A DNA stretch of 57,175 bases. Source: a bacterium (GTDB taxonomy: Bacteria; Patescibacteriota; Patescibacteriia; Veblenbacterales; UBA10138). Below the pieces are notes generated by a model, which was not told the DNA's origin, made no database searches, and saw nothing but the letters and a program-made list of their open reading frames with translations. Both the position numbers and the translations under genes were made by a program. This document shows positions 48,815-57,112 of this stretch, one piece after another (position 1 is the stretch's first letter; each line of letters begins with the position of its first letter). The stretch is from contig JAGVEX010000020.1 of the NCBI GenBank assembly GCA_020057885.1, positions 1 through 57,175 on the forward strand. Direction: 5' to 3'.

Positions 48815-51769
48815 TTATTTTTTAATAGATACACTAATAGAAAAACTTTCAATTTCTAATTTATCATCAAAGTCATCATTTATTACTATTACGTCACTAG
48901 CTAAAGTTCCTTTGATAATAATTTCTTTATTATCCTCAACAATTTTAACAAAATTTTCCCTACAACCAATCGTCAATAATATTCTATCATGGATAGTCAT
49001 TTTCTTTTCCTTGCGCAACACATTTACCTGGCGAATAAATTCCCGCACCAAGCCAAGGGCCTTAAGTTCATCATTCATTGAAATGTCAAGTTTCGTTTCT
49101 GTACCAAAAATAACTTTTTGAACATTCACTTCTTCGGCAATGATGGCTGAAATATCTTCGTCAAATTTCACAGCTGTTGTTAAACTACCAAGCACCTGCC
49201 GCACCTTGAATCCTGTTGCGGCGCGCTGAGCCAACGCTTTTTCAACTTCTGATCTAGCTTTTTCCATTTGCTCTAACAATTCATTCTGTTTAGAACTTAT
49301 TTCTTTAACCTTAGGCCAATCTTCCAAATGCACTGATTCTTTATCTCCACCCACCCGCTGATAAAGTTCTTCAGCCACAAAAGGCATAAACGGCGCCAAA
49401 GCCAAAGCCAATTGCCGCAGTAAATAACCTAAAGTATCACGCGCTACTTCTTTATCTGCCCCCTCTTCTTTAAACCGATCACGACTACGACGTACATACC
49501 AAGTTGAAAGGTCGGTTATAAAATCCGCCAATTTTCTGCCTGCTTCGGTAATTTCATATTTATCAAAATGCTCTGTAACTTCAAAAATTGTTTTCTGCCA
49601 CAAACTTAAAATCCATTTATCTAAAATGTTATCTGATTTTGGTTCACTAACCAGTACTTTAGTATCTCCTTTATATAATTCATAAAAGGCCAACACATTC
49701 ATTAAAATAAGTAAAGTGCGTTTTACCACTTCATCCACTGCTTGTGGATCAAAATTCTTTGGTTCACCTGGCTGGTTGCCGGTATATAAATGAAAACGTA
49801 AAGCATCCACGCCATACTTGGCTATTACCTCCCACGGGTCAACAATGTTGCCCTTGGACTTGGACATTTTTTGACCATTTTTATCATTAATATGTCCAAG
49901 ACAAATTACATTTTTATAAGGCGGAATTTCTTTTATCGCTCCTGCTTTTTTAAGCAAAGTCGCTATGGCCAAAAGCGTATAAAACCAACCGCGAGTTTGA
50001 TCAATGGCTTCGGAAATATAATCTGCTGGATAGCTGTTGGCTAATTGCTCCTTGCTTCCTGGTTTATGCGGATATCCCCATTGCGCAAAAGGCATACTGC
50101 CGGAATCAAACCAACAATCAGCTACCTCTGGTACGCGCTGTGTAGTACCACCACATTTACATGGCCAAGATATTTCATCAATAAACGGCCGATGAATATC
50201 AAAATCCTGATTCATAATTCTTGATTCATGATTCGGTGCTAATTTTGCAAGCTCTTCCAAATTACCAACACACATTATTTCCTTACACTTATCACATACC
50301 CAGATTGGTAATGGCGTTCCCCAATATCTTTCGCGCGAAATAGCCCAATCTTTTACACCATCTAACCACTCACCAAAACGCCCGTGTTTAATATGTTCGG
50401 GATACCAATTAATTTTCTCATTCGCTTTTTTTAAATCTTCACGCAAAGCCGACATTTTAATAAACCACGACGGCTTAGCATAATACAAAAGCGGCGTGGA
50501 ACAACGCCAGCAAAAAGGATAGTCATGAGTATACATTTCTTCTTTAAAAATTAAACTACCCTCTGAACGGTTTTTCAAATTATCAATAATTGCATTAGTG
50601 GTTTTCTCTTCAGTTGGCTTATCCTTATGCTTCACCGGCATACCCGCAAATTCTGGCACATCTTTTGTAAACTTCCCCTCTTCGTTTACTGTATGATATT
50701 TTGGTAAACCAACTTCAGTTCCTAAATTAAAATCGTCCTCACCATACATCACGGCGGTATGGACAACACCCGTACCATCAGTTGTTGTAACAAAGTCCGC
50801 CGCATACACGCGATAAGATTTATCGTTCTGTAAAGATTTGATATCAAATAGAGGCTCATATTCTAAACCAACAAGTTGATCTCGTAAAAATTCTTTTTCT
50901 ACTATACCACCAATTCTTTTTTGTACTTCTTCAACCCTATCCTTAGCAAGGATATAAAACTCAGCTGGAATTTCATCAACTAATGGTTCTTGATTATTAA
51001 TACTCAAGACCTCGGATTTTTTAAGAACCTCTAACAGTACGTAAGTAGATTTTGGATTTATTGCCAACGCTACATTCCCTGGCAATGTCCATGGTGTCGT
51101 AGTCCACGACAATATATAAGTATTCTTTGGTAAACCATGTTCCTTTGGTTCTTTAACTTTAAACTTCACAAACACAGACGGTTCGGTAACACTCTTGTAA
51201 CCCAATGCCACCTCGTGACTAGAAAGCGCTGTGCCGCAACGCGGACAATGCGGTAATACTTTATAATCTTTATACAACAAACCAGCCTCGTGAACTTGTT
51301 TTAAAATCCACCACAAACTTTCAATATAATAATTCTCATAAGTTACATAAGGATTTTCCAAATCCAGCCAAAAACCAATGCGCTCTGTTAATTTTTCCCA
51401 ATCCGCTTTATATTTCCATACATCCTCGCGGCACCGTTCATTAAACTTGGCCACGCCGTACTTTTCAATATCTGGCTTGCCACGAAACTTTAGTTCTTTT
51501 TCCACTTGTAGCTCCACTGGCAACCCTTGCGTATCCCAACCAGCCTTACGCTCCACTTGAAACCCGCGCATAGTTTTATAACGCGGAATTAAATCTTTAA
51601 AAGCGCGTGCCAACACGTGGTGCAGCCCCGGCTTGCCATTGGCGGTAGGTGGACCTTCAAAAAAAACAAATCGGCCGGCAGGATGCGGCTTAGTTAAAGA
51701 CTTTTCAAAAATCTTATGCTCTTTCCAAAAGGCCAAAACCTTTTCTTCAAGCTCAGGAAACTTTAACAT
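48815..51769 (-). CDS. ileS: Isoleucine--tRNA ligase
   Basis: HVLARAF (HIGH-type) and KMSKSKGN motifs, plus a CP1 editing region. I place the start at the ATG giving MLKFPELEEKVLAFWKEH. The track's TTG extension (MASKVDIRG) lies in a structured leader. Confidence 0.95.
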   Translation of the reverse strand: MLKFPELEEKVLAFWKEHKIFEKSLTKPHPAGRFVFFEGPPTANGKPGLHHVLARAFKDLIPRYKTMRGFQVERKAGWDTQGLPVELQVEKELKFRGKPDIEKYGVAKFNERCREDVWKYKADWEKLTERIGFWLDLENPYVTYENYYIESLWWILKQVHEAGLLYKDYKVLPHCPRCGTALSSHEVALGYKSVTEPSVFVKFKVKEPKEHGLPKNTYILSWTTTPWTLPGNVALAINPKSTYVLLEVLKKSEVLSINNQEPLVDEIPAEFYILAKDRVEEVQKRIGGIVEKEFLRDQLVGLEYEPLFDIKSLQNDKSYRVYAADFVTTTDGTGVVHTAVMYGEDDFNLGTEVGLPKYHTVNEEGKFTKDVPEFAGMPVKHKDKPTEEKTTNAIIDNLKNRSEGSLIFKEEMYTHDYPFCWRCSTPLLYYAKPSWFIKMSALREDLKKANEKINWYPEHIKHGRFGEWLDGVKDWAISRERYWGTPLPIWVCDKCKEIMCVGNLEELAKLAPNHESRIMNQDFDIHRPFIDEISWPCKCGGTTQRVPEVADCWFDSGSMPFAQWGYPHKPGSKEQLANSYPADYISEAIDQTRGWFYTLLAIATLLKKAGAIKEIPPYKNVICLGHINDKNGQKMSKSKGNIVDPWEVIAKYGVDALRFHLYTGNQPGEPKNFDPQAVDEVVKRTLLILMNVLAFYELYKGDTKVLVSEPKSDNILDKWILSLWQKTIFEVTEHFDKYEITEAGRKLADFITDLSTWYVRRSRDRFKEEGADKEVARDTLGYLLRQLALALAPFMPFVAEELYQRVGGDKESVHLEDWPKVKEISSKQNELLEQMEKARSEVEKALAQRAATGFKVRQVLGSLTTAVKFDEDISAIIAEEVNVQKVIFGTETKLDISMNDELKALGLVREFIRQVNVLRKEKKMTIHDRILLTIGCRENFVKIVEDNKEIIIKGTLASDVIVINDDFDDKLEIESFSISVSIKK

Positions 51770-51910
51770 ACCCCGTATATCAACCTTGCTCGCCAAAAAA
51801 TAAGCGAGAGGAGTAGGTTAATGATAAATTATCTAATCTACAATTAAACATAATTAATGTTAGGAAAGTGATTTTGTCGAGACGAGCTTAAGCAAGGTTG
51901 TATTACGAGG
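51770..51910 (-). promoter_or_regulatory. Structured 5' leader of ileS (paralogue of the argS leader)
   Basis: A 7+10 bp closing helix pairs CCUCGUAAUACAACCUUGCU (51910-51891) with AGCAAGGUUGAUAUACGGGG (51790-51771). The helix ends 1 nt before the AUG. Internal hairpins are shared with 53782-53922. Confidence 0.6.
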
Positions 51911-51923
51911 CATAATATATATT

Positions 51924-51952
51924 ATAATACTGATTTTTGAGTAATTTTGCAA
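51924..51952 (-). promoter_or_regulatory. Sigma-70-like promoter of ileS
   Basis: TTGCAA (51952-51947), a 17-nt spacer, then TATTAT (51929-51924). The predicted TSS lies a few nt before the leader helix. Confidence 0.5.
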
Positions 51953-51973
51953 CTTTTAACCAACCAAACTACC

Positions 51974-52003
51974 ATCCCCCTTATTCGCGCGAATAAGGGG
52001 GAT
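51974..52003. repeat. Perfect 30-nt palindrome 3' of argS
   Basis: atcccccttattcgc|gcgaataagggggat. On the gene strand the T6 run precedes the hairpin, so this is not a canonical terminator. Confidence 0.7.
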
Positions 52004-52041
52004 AAAAAATGGAAACTCTTACTCTTTGCTCTTACTTTGCT

Positions 52042-53781
52042 TTACATCTGCTCCACTACTTCAATTCCCAAAATCTCCAAACCCTGCTTTAAAACTTCAG
52101 CGGCAGTGTTGACTAAAGTAAGTCTTAAATTTTTCAAATGCGGATTAGCGTTTAGTACCGGCGAAACTTGATAAAAATTATTAGTGCTATTAGCTAATTC
52201 ATATAAATAACCAGCCAAGAGATGTGGCCCATTCTCCTCGGCCGCGCGCAAAATAGCCTCGGGATAACGAGATATCATACGCAACATAGTAATATCGCTT
52301 GGCGTGGCCTGCTCCAAAACCGCCGCGCCAATTTTGGGTAATTTAAATTTTTTAACACTTTTTTTACCATTTTGCGCTTTGCGTAAAATACTCTTTAGGC
52401 GCACGTAGGTATATTGTAAATAGGGCGCGCTATTGCCATCGAGCGATAACATTTTATCCCAGTTGAAAGTTATATCGGTATGCCTATTCTGCGACAAATC
52501 ATTATACTTAATCGCGCCTACACCTACCACTTCTGCCACGCGTGCTTTGGCTTTGGTTGGTAATTTGACATTCTTTTTATCCACTATTTGCCGTGCCAGC
52601 AAAATAGCTTGCGCTAGCACTTCGTCTAACTTAATAATCTTACCTTCACGAGTGGCAAGTTTTTGCCCATCCTCGCCCAATACTAAACCAAACTTAATGT
52701 GTTCTAGTTTAAGATGCGGCGCATAATTAGCTCGAGCGGCTGTAGCAAACACCTGTTCAAAGTGAAGTGCCTGTTCATTAGCCACTACATAAAGCATCAA
52801 ATTTGGTTTTAAATGGCTCGCGCGGTAACGAATACTTGCAAGCTCACGCGTGGCGTAAAGCGAAGCGCCATCGGATTTTTGCACCAACATTGGCGATAAG
52901 GAATCTGATTCCAAATGCACCACTATTGAGCCATCGGCGTTTTTAATTGCTATTTTACGTTTGAGCAAATCAGCTACCACGCCCTTCAACATTGACTCAT
53001 AAAAACTCTCACCTGTAATACGATCAAATTTTATTCCTAAACGTTTGTATAAAATATCAAACTCACGCAAAGATTCACGTTTAAACCAGTTCCATAAAGC
53101 TTTATTTGTTCTATCACCCTCTTCTAGTTTGCGAAACTCTTCTTGGCCTTGTTTTTCCAAATCGGGTTTATCTTTCATCACCTCGTGAAATTTTACATAA
53201 AGCTTTAACATTTCTTCAATCGGATGTTTGTGTACGGCAGTCCTACTTCCCCATAGCTTATAAGCGGCGATTAATTTTCCAAACTGCGTTCCCCAATCAC
53301 CCAAATGATTTAAACGGATTACCTTGGCCCCTAAATTTTCATAAATATTAGCCAAAGCCGCCCCTATAATAGTAGAACGAATGTGACCAATGTGCATCGG
53401 CTTGGCAATGTTAGGCGAAGAGTATTCCACAATCACGCGCTGGCCACGCCACAACTCACGCTCTTTACGGTTAGTTAAAAGCGGCAAACTAGTAAGCAAC
53501 AATTCAGGCTTAATGGTGAAATTAATAAAACCAGGCCCGGCTATCTCTATTTTGCTAAAATTACGAATGATAAAACGTGAAGTTTTAAGTTCTTCTAATA
53601 TTGTTTCGGCGGCCTGACGTGGCAATACACCCCATTTACTGGCCACCTTAAGAGCCACGTTGGTGGTATAGTCGCCGTGCGCCAGTTCACGGCTTACCGA
53701 CACCTCAACCTCTTTGGGTGTGAGTTGATAATGCTTTTGCGCCACCTCGGCTATTTCATTTTGTAATTTTACGCTTAACAT
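52042..53781 (-). CDS. argS: Arginine--tRNA ligase
   Basis: SSPNIAKPMHIGHIRS (HIGH) motif, and an anticodon-binding C-terminus ending in IEVVEQM. I place the start at the ATG giving MLSVKLQNEI. The TTG extension MASEVDILG lies in the leader. Confidence 0.95.
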   Translation of the reverse strand: MLSVKLQNEIAEVAQKHYQLTPKEVEVSVSRELAHGDYTTNVALKVASKWGVLPRQAAETILEELKTSRFIIRNFSKIEIAGPGFINFTIKPELLLTSLPLLTNRKERELWRGQRVIVEYSSPNIAKPMHIGHIRSTIIGAALANIYENLGAKVIRLNHLGDWGTQFGKLIAAYKLWGSRTAVHKHPIEEMLKLYVKFHEVMKDKPDLEKQGQEEFRKLEEGDRTNKALWNWFKRESLREFDILYKRLGIKFDRITGESFYESMLKGVVADLLKRKIAIKNADGSIVVHLESDSLSPMLVQKSDGASLYATRELASIRYRASHLKPNLMLYVVANEQALHFEQVFATAARANYAPHLKLEHIKFGLVLGEDGQKLATREGKIIKLDEVLAQAILLARQIVDKKNVKLPTKAKARVAEVVGVGAIKYNDLSQNRHTDITFNWDKMLSLDGNSAPYLQYTYVRLKSILRKAQNGKKSVKKFKLPKIGAAVLEQATPSDITMLRMISRYPEAILRAAEENGPHLLAGYLYELANSTNNFYQVSPVLNANPHLKNLRLTLVNTAAEVLKQGLEILGIEVVEQM

Positions 53782-53922
53782 ACCCAGTATATCAACTTCG
53801 CTCGCCAAAATTTAAGCGAGAGAAGTAAATTGATAATAAGTGATCTAATCTTGAATTTAACATAATTGGTGTTAGGATAGTTATTTTGTCACCAAGCTTA
53901 AAAGCGAAGTTGTATTACTGGG
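53782..53922 (-). promoter_or_regulatory. Structured 5' leader of argS (paralogue of the ileS leader)
   Basis: The closing helix pairs CCCAGUAAUACAACUUCGCU (53922-53903) with AGCGAAGUUGAUAUACUGGG (53802-53783). The geometry matches ileS, with compensatory changes. Confidence 0.6.
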
Positions 53923-53933
53923 ATAACTACTTC

Positions 53934-53961
53934 ATTATAAAGGTTTTTGTTAAATTGGCAA
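53934..53961 (-). promoter_or_regulatory. Sigma-70-like promoter of argS
   Basis: TTGCCA (53961-53956), a 16-nt spacer, then TATAAT (53939-53934). Confidence 0.55.
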
Positions 53962-53968
53962 AATAAAA

Positions 53969-53992
53969 ACGTCCCACCATACGATGGGACGT
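53969..53992 (-). terminator. Intrinsic terminator of infC-rpmI-rplT
   Basis: acgtccca-N8-tgggacgt, with TTTTTATTTT following on the minus strand. Confidence 0.75.
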
Positions 53993-54006
53993 CTCAATCT
54001 CAAATT

Positions 54007-54354
54007 TTACTTTTTCACAGCTTCCACTAACTTCTTAAACACTGCCGGATATTCTCGAGCCAACTGTGATAGTACCTTTCTATCCATCTCAATTTTAGCC
54101 TTCTTTAGCAAGTTAATGAACTTGCTATAAGACAAACCATATTCTCTTACCGCGGCGTTAAGCTGAATTTGCCACAATACTCTAAAATTCGCTTTTTTAT
54201 CGCGCCTATGAGCAAAAGCGTGTACGCCAGCTTTGCGGGCAGCTACTTTAGCTGCAGCAATCTTACTCTTGCGCCCCCATCTATAACCCTTGGTGCGTTT
54301 TAAAAGGTTCTTACGTCTTTTGGAATGCATTACTCCTCTTTTTACACGTGACAT
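54007..54354 (-). CDS. rplT: 50S ribosomal protein L20
   Basis: 115 aa. MSRVKRGVMHSKRRKNLLKRTKGYRWGR... Confidence 0.96.
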   Translation of the reverse strand: MSRVKRGVMHSKRRKNLLKRTKGYRWGRKSKIAAAKVAARKAGVHAFAHRRDKKANFRVLWQIQLNAAVREYGLSYSKFINLLKKAKIEMDRKVLSQLAREYPAVFKKLVEAVKK

Positions 54355-54381
54355 AATATAAAATGATAAATCCTAAATTAA

Positions 54382-54576
54382 TTAGCTCCCTGGAATTAAT
54401 TTTCGCAGGGCCGGAATATTTACCTTAGCAATAGCCACATCACGGCGCTTGCGTCTGGTAACAACACCAGATTCACGCGCGTTAAAATGGTCTTGGCCAG
54501 CAGTGCGTTTCATTAGTTTGCCTTTGGCAGTAACACGAAAACGCTTAACAGTAGCTTTGTGAGTTTTAACCTTCAT
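54382..54576 (-). CDS. rpmI: 50S ribosomal protein L35
   Basis: 64 aa. MKVKTHKATVKRFRVTAKGKLMKRTAG... Confidence 0.95.
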   Translation of the reverse strand: MKVKTHKATVKRFRVTAKGKLMKRTAGQDHFNARESGVVTRRKRRDVAIAKVNIPALRKLIPGS

Positions 54577-54619
54577 AAAATACTAACAATAAACTAAAAT
54601 TAGAAATTAAATATTAAAA

Positions 54620-55183
54620 TTAAGAATTCTCGGCTTCGACCTCTTCTTTTAGAGGCTTAACGCTATCTACTTTCTTTTTAGCCACCTGCATGCTCACATT
54701 TCCACCCTGCCGAGAAAAAGGCACTTCTATTATTACACCCTCACCTAAATCGTTTATAAAAGAAATCATAATCTCCCGTGCTAAATCGCCTCTGCCCTTC
54801 TCACGTCCGCGTAATATCATTTCCACTCTTACTCTATGCCCTTCGTCCAAAAACTTTTTAGCCTGATTTGAGCGAACTTCTTTGTCGTGGTCACCAATCT
54901 TTAATGAAATGCGTACGCCTTTGGTTTCTACTTTTTTAGCTTTAGCTTTTTGGGCCTGTATCAACTTTTGCTGTTTATACTGAAATTGCCCGTAATCCAT
55001 TATTTTGGCAATAGGAGGACGAGCAGTAGGGTTTACTTCAACTAAATCAAGGCCCCGCTCTTGTGCAAGCTTTAAAGCTTCATAAGTCGATAATACTCCC
55101 AAAGGCTTCCCTGTTTCATCTATTACCTGAACTTCGAGAATACGAATGTATTGATTAACGCGATAACGCGGTCGTGTATTCAA
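54620..55183 (-). CDS. infC: Translation initiation factor IF-3
   Basis: 187 aa. VQVIDETGKPLGVLSTYEALKLAQERGLDLVEV..PPIAKIMDYGQFQY and a C-terminal domain. The exact start is uncertain, as is usual for infC. Confidence 0.93.
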   Translation of the reverse strand: MNTRPRYRVNQYIRILEVQVIDETGKPLGVLSTYEALKLAQERGLDLVEVNPTARPPIAKIMDYGQFQYKQQKLIQAQKAKAKKVETKGVRISLKIGDHDKEVRSNQAKKFLDEGHRVRVEMILRGREKGRGDLAREIMISFINDLGEGVIIEVPFSRQGGNVSMQVAKKKVDSVKPLKEEVEAENS

Positions 55184-55569
55184 GTTTGTTTTTTATTAAT
55201 TAATAAGTAGTTAGATAATTGTTTCTTTAAAAACTTATATCCACTGCCACTTTTAAGAAACTTCTCTCGCCCCAAAGCGTCTTGTTTTTCTAAATAATAC
55301 TCTGCATAAATAAGTCGCCATTTACCGAAACGAGTAGAAAAATTCTTGTGGTTATTATGTTCAAGAATCCTACGACTTAGGTTGGTAGTATAACCAATAT
55401 ACCACTTACCTAAATTTTTCTCCTCTAAAACATAAACGACAAAACCTTTGTTAACTCCCTCCGTTGGCTGTGCCACGTGAATTGAGGCATTAATTGGTAA
55501 GGCCCCGTAAAACTCGTAGCTGATGCTACTTCGCCACGGGGCACGTAAAAATTTCGGGCTTGGCCTCAA
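55180..55569 (-). CDS. GIY-YIG nuclease-family protein (start uncertain)
   Basis: Core FVVYVLEEKNLGKWYIGYTTNLSRRILEHNN...REKFLKSGSGYKFLKKQL. The track start lies 9 nt from the tmRNA 3' end and adds about 40 non-domain residues. An in-frame GTG lies at 55476. Confidence 0.75.
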   Translation of the reverse strand: MRPSPKFLRAPWRSSISYEFYGALPINASIHVAQPTEGVNKGFVVYVLEEKNLGKWYIGYTTNLSRRILEHNNHKNFSTRFGKWRLIYAEYYLEKQDALGREKFLKSGSGYKFLKKQLSNYLLINKKQT

Positions 55570-55577
55570 TTTTTACG

Positions 55578-55959
55578 TGGTGGAGGTGACGGGTGTTACA
55601 CCCGTGTCTAGCTATGCAACTCACGCTCAGGTCCAGGTTCAGTGCCGCTGATACTGAAAATGAATAAAGCGGCACAAAAATTCATTTCAGTTTGCCTTGT
55701 AATTTCTCGGTGTTGGCACCAAGACTAATACCAACTCCATACTCGATTAATAACGCCCCGCTAAATTATCGAGTATCATTTAGCGAAACGCTGCTAGCCC
55801 TTAAGCTAAAGCAGGAGCGAAGGAAAATGATGCAAAAGCATTATTTACCTTAGCGACAAATGATTTGGCATTTGTAAGTTGATAGCTTTTTTAGGCAGAC
55901 TATCGACTGCCACCTGCTAAACGCAAATTTACGTTAGCTATCGAATTGTAAACACCCCC
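55578..55959 (-). ncRNA. ssrA: tmRNA (transfer-messenger RNA)
   Basis: The 5' end GGGGGUGUUUACAAUUCGAUAGC pairs with the 3' end CACCUCCACCA, giving a 7-bp acceptor stem with a G3-U wobble and an encoded CCA. The T-arm is ACGGG-UGUAACA-CCCGU. The internal tag frame ends ...AFASFSFAPALA-UAA. It lies adjacent to smpB. Confidence 0.9.
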
Positions 55960-56070
55960 CGAGGTTAGAAATCCTAAATCCGAAATCCTAATACCCAAAC
56001 TTTAGGAATTTGAAATTTGGATTTGTTTAGGATTTAGATATTAGAGTTTAGGATTTTAATCAAACCTCGG
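55960..56070. repeat. AT-rich palindromic intergenic repeat, copy C, closed by cgaggtt / aacctcg
   Basis: Positions 56016-56051 are identical over 36 nt to 1785-1820. The outer 7-bp stem pairs cgaggtt (55960-55966) with aacctcg (56064-56070). It fills the smpB-ssrA gap. Confidence 0.75.
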
Positions 56071-56077
56071 TGAATGT

Positions 56078-56527
56078 TTACCTAAGTTTTAAAGAACTTT
56101 TAATTTCTCTTTCTACTTCTCGTTTGCGAATGCTGACGCGTTTATCATAACGGCTTTTGCCCTGCGCCAACCCTAATTCGACTTTCACAAACCTGTGCGT
56201 AGTATAAACAGAAAGTGGCACTAGTGTCAAGCCCCGTTCTTTTATTTTTCCCAAAAGATAAGCCAGCTCGCTGTGTTTTAATAAAATTTTTCTATCGCGC
56301 AGTGGATCATAAACTGCTTCCGCGCGCTTGGCTGGCGGATAGGCCGCAATGTTCATACCAGTAAGCCAAAGCTCTCCGCCCTTGGGAATTACGTAAGCGC
56401 CCTGCAAATTCACTCGCCCGCCTTTGGCAGATTTTACTTCTGCGCCAGTCAATACCAAACCAGCCTCCTTTTTCTCGAGGATTTTATAATCGTGCAGAAC
56501 GCGGCGGTTTTGAGCTAAGGTTGGCAT
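56078..56527 (-). CDS. smpB: SsrA-binding protein SmpB
   Basis: 149 aa. NRRVLHDYKILEKKEAGLVLTGAEVKS... Confidence 0.95.
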   Translation of the reverse strand: MPTLAQNRRVLHDYKILEKKEAGLVLTGAEVKSAKGGRVNLQGAYVIPKGGELWLTGMNIAAYPPAKRAEAVYDPLRDRKILLKHSELAYLLGKIKERGLTLVPLSVYTTHRFVKVELGLAQGKSRYDKRVSIRKREVEREIKSSLKLR

Positions 56528-56645
56528 AAGTAAGTTAAAGTTAGGGTTTTGTTATTAACCACTCTTATATTCTAAGTTTTTTTAAAAATAAAAGCCATCA
56601 CACGTACGTTGACGAAGATGGCTTTAATTTTTACCTTATCTGATG

Positions 56646-57014
56646 TTACCTATCCGCAGCAACAAATTTTCTCTTCAAATTCATTAAACAATATTTACCG
56701 TTTTCATACCAACGGTAATTTCTTGCAGCGCATCTCATACCGCCACCGCAAAATTTTATCGATAAATCAATAATGACCATAAATCCTCTCATATACTTTT
56801 TCCTCCAAAAAATCTTGAACCAACTTAACGAAACAATAAATGATGCAAGAAAAATTATCCAACCCGAGCTGGAATGAGAGGTTGTGTTGTCATAATGAAA
56901 GACGATGTAATCTCGCGCGATTACCAAATCAAAATATGAACCGACAAACAAGATGGAGTTTATTGCAGCTGCTACTGCTAGAATTGTTAAGGTAACTAAA
57001 ATTAATTTTTTCAT
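56646..57014 (-). CDS. Small membrane protein
   Basis: Start placed at ATG 57014 (MKKLILVTL...), after GGAAG. Two TM segments and a Cys/Arg-rich tail. Confidence 0.55.
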   Translation of the reverse strand: MKKLILVTLTILAVAAAINSILFVGSYFDLVIARDYIVFHYDNTTSHSSSGWIIFLASFIVSLSWFKIFWRKKYMRGFMVIIDLSIKFCGGGMRCAARNYRWYENGKYCLMNLKRKFVAADR

Positions 57015-57090
57015 GACCACTTCCTTCTTTTGTGATTGTTTTTTTATTTTTATTATTTCCTTTTTCTTTTCTATATTATAAAATAAATTA

Positions 57091-57110
57091 CTGCGGTCTA
57101 AAGCCCGCAG
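57091..57110 (-). terminator. Intrinsic terminator after the edge gene
   Basis: ctgcgg-N8-ccgcag, followed by T-rich sequence on the minus strand. It begins 2 nt after the stop at 57113-57115. Confidence 0.6.
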
Positions 57111-57112
57111 TA

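Noticed and set aside
51770-51796. The N-terminal extensions MASKVDIRG (ileS) and MASEVDILG (argS, 53782-53808) from TTG starts in the ORF track.
   Set aside because: Two non-homologous N-termini would not share this peptide. The nucleotide differences are compensated on the opposite strand of an RNA helix. The canonical enzyme N-termini begin at the following ATG.
51770-53922. Calling the ileS and argS leaders T-box riboswitches.
   Set aside because: I could not find the conserved T-box sequence (AGGGUGGNACCGCG-like), a specifier loop with an Ile or Arg codon at the equivalent variable position, or Stem I platform motifs. Only a UGGC near a hairpin loop is reminiscent. I report them as an unclassified leader family instead.
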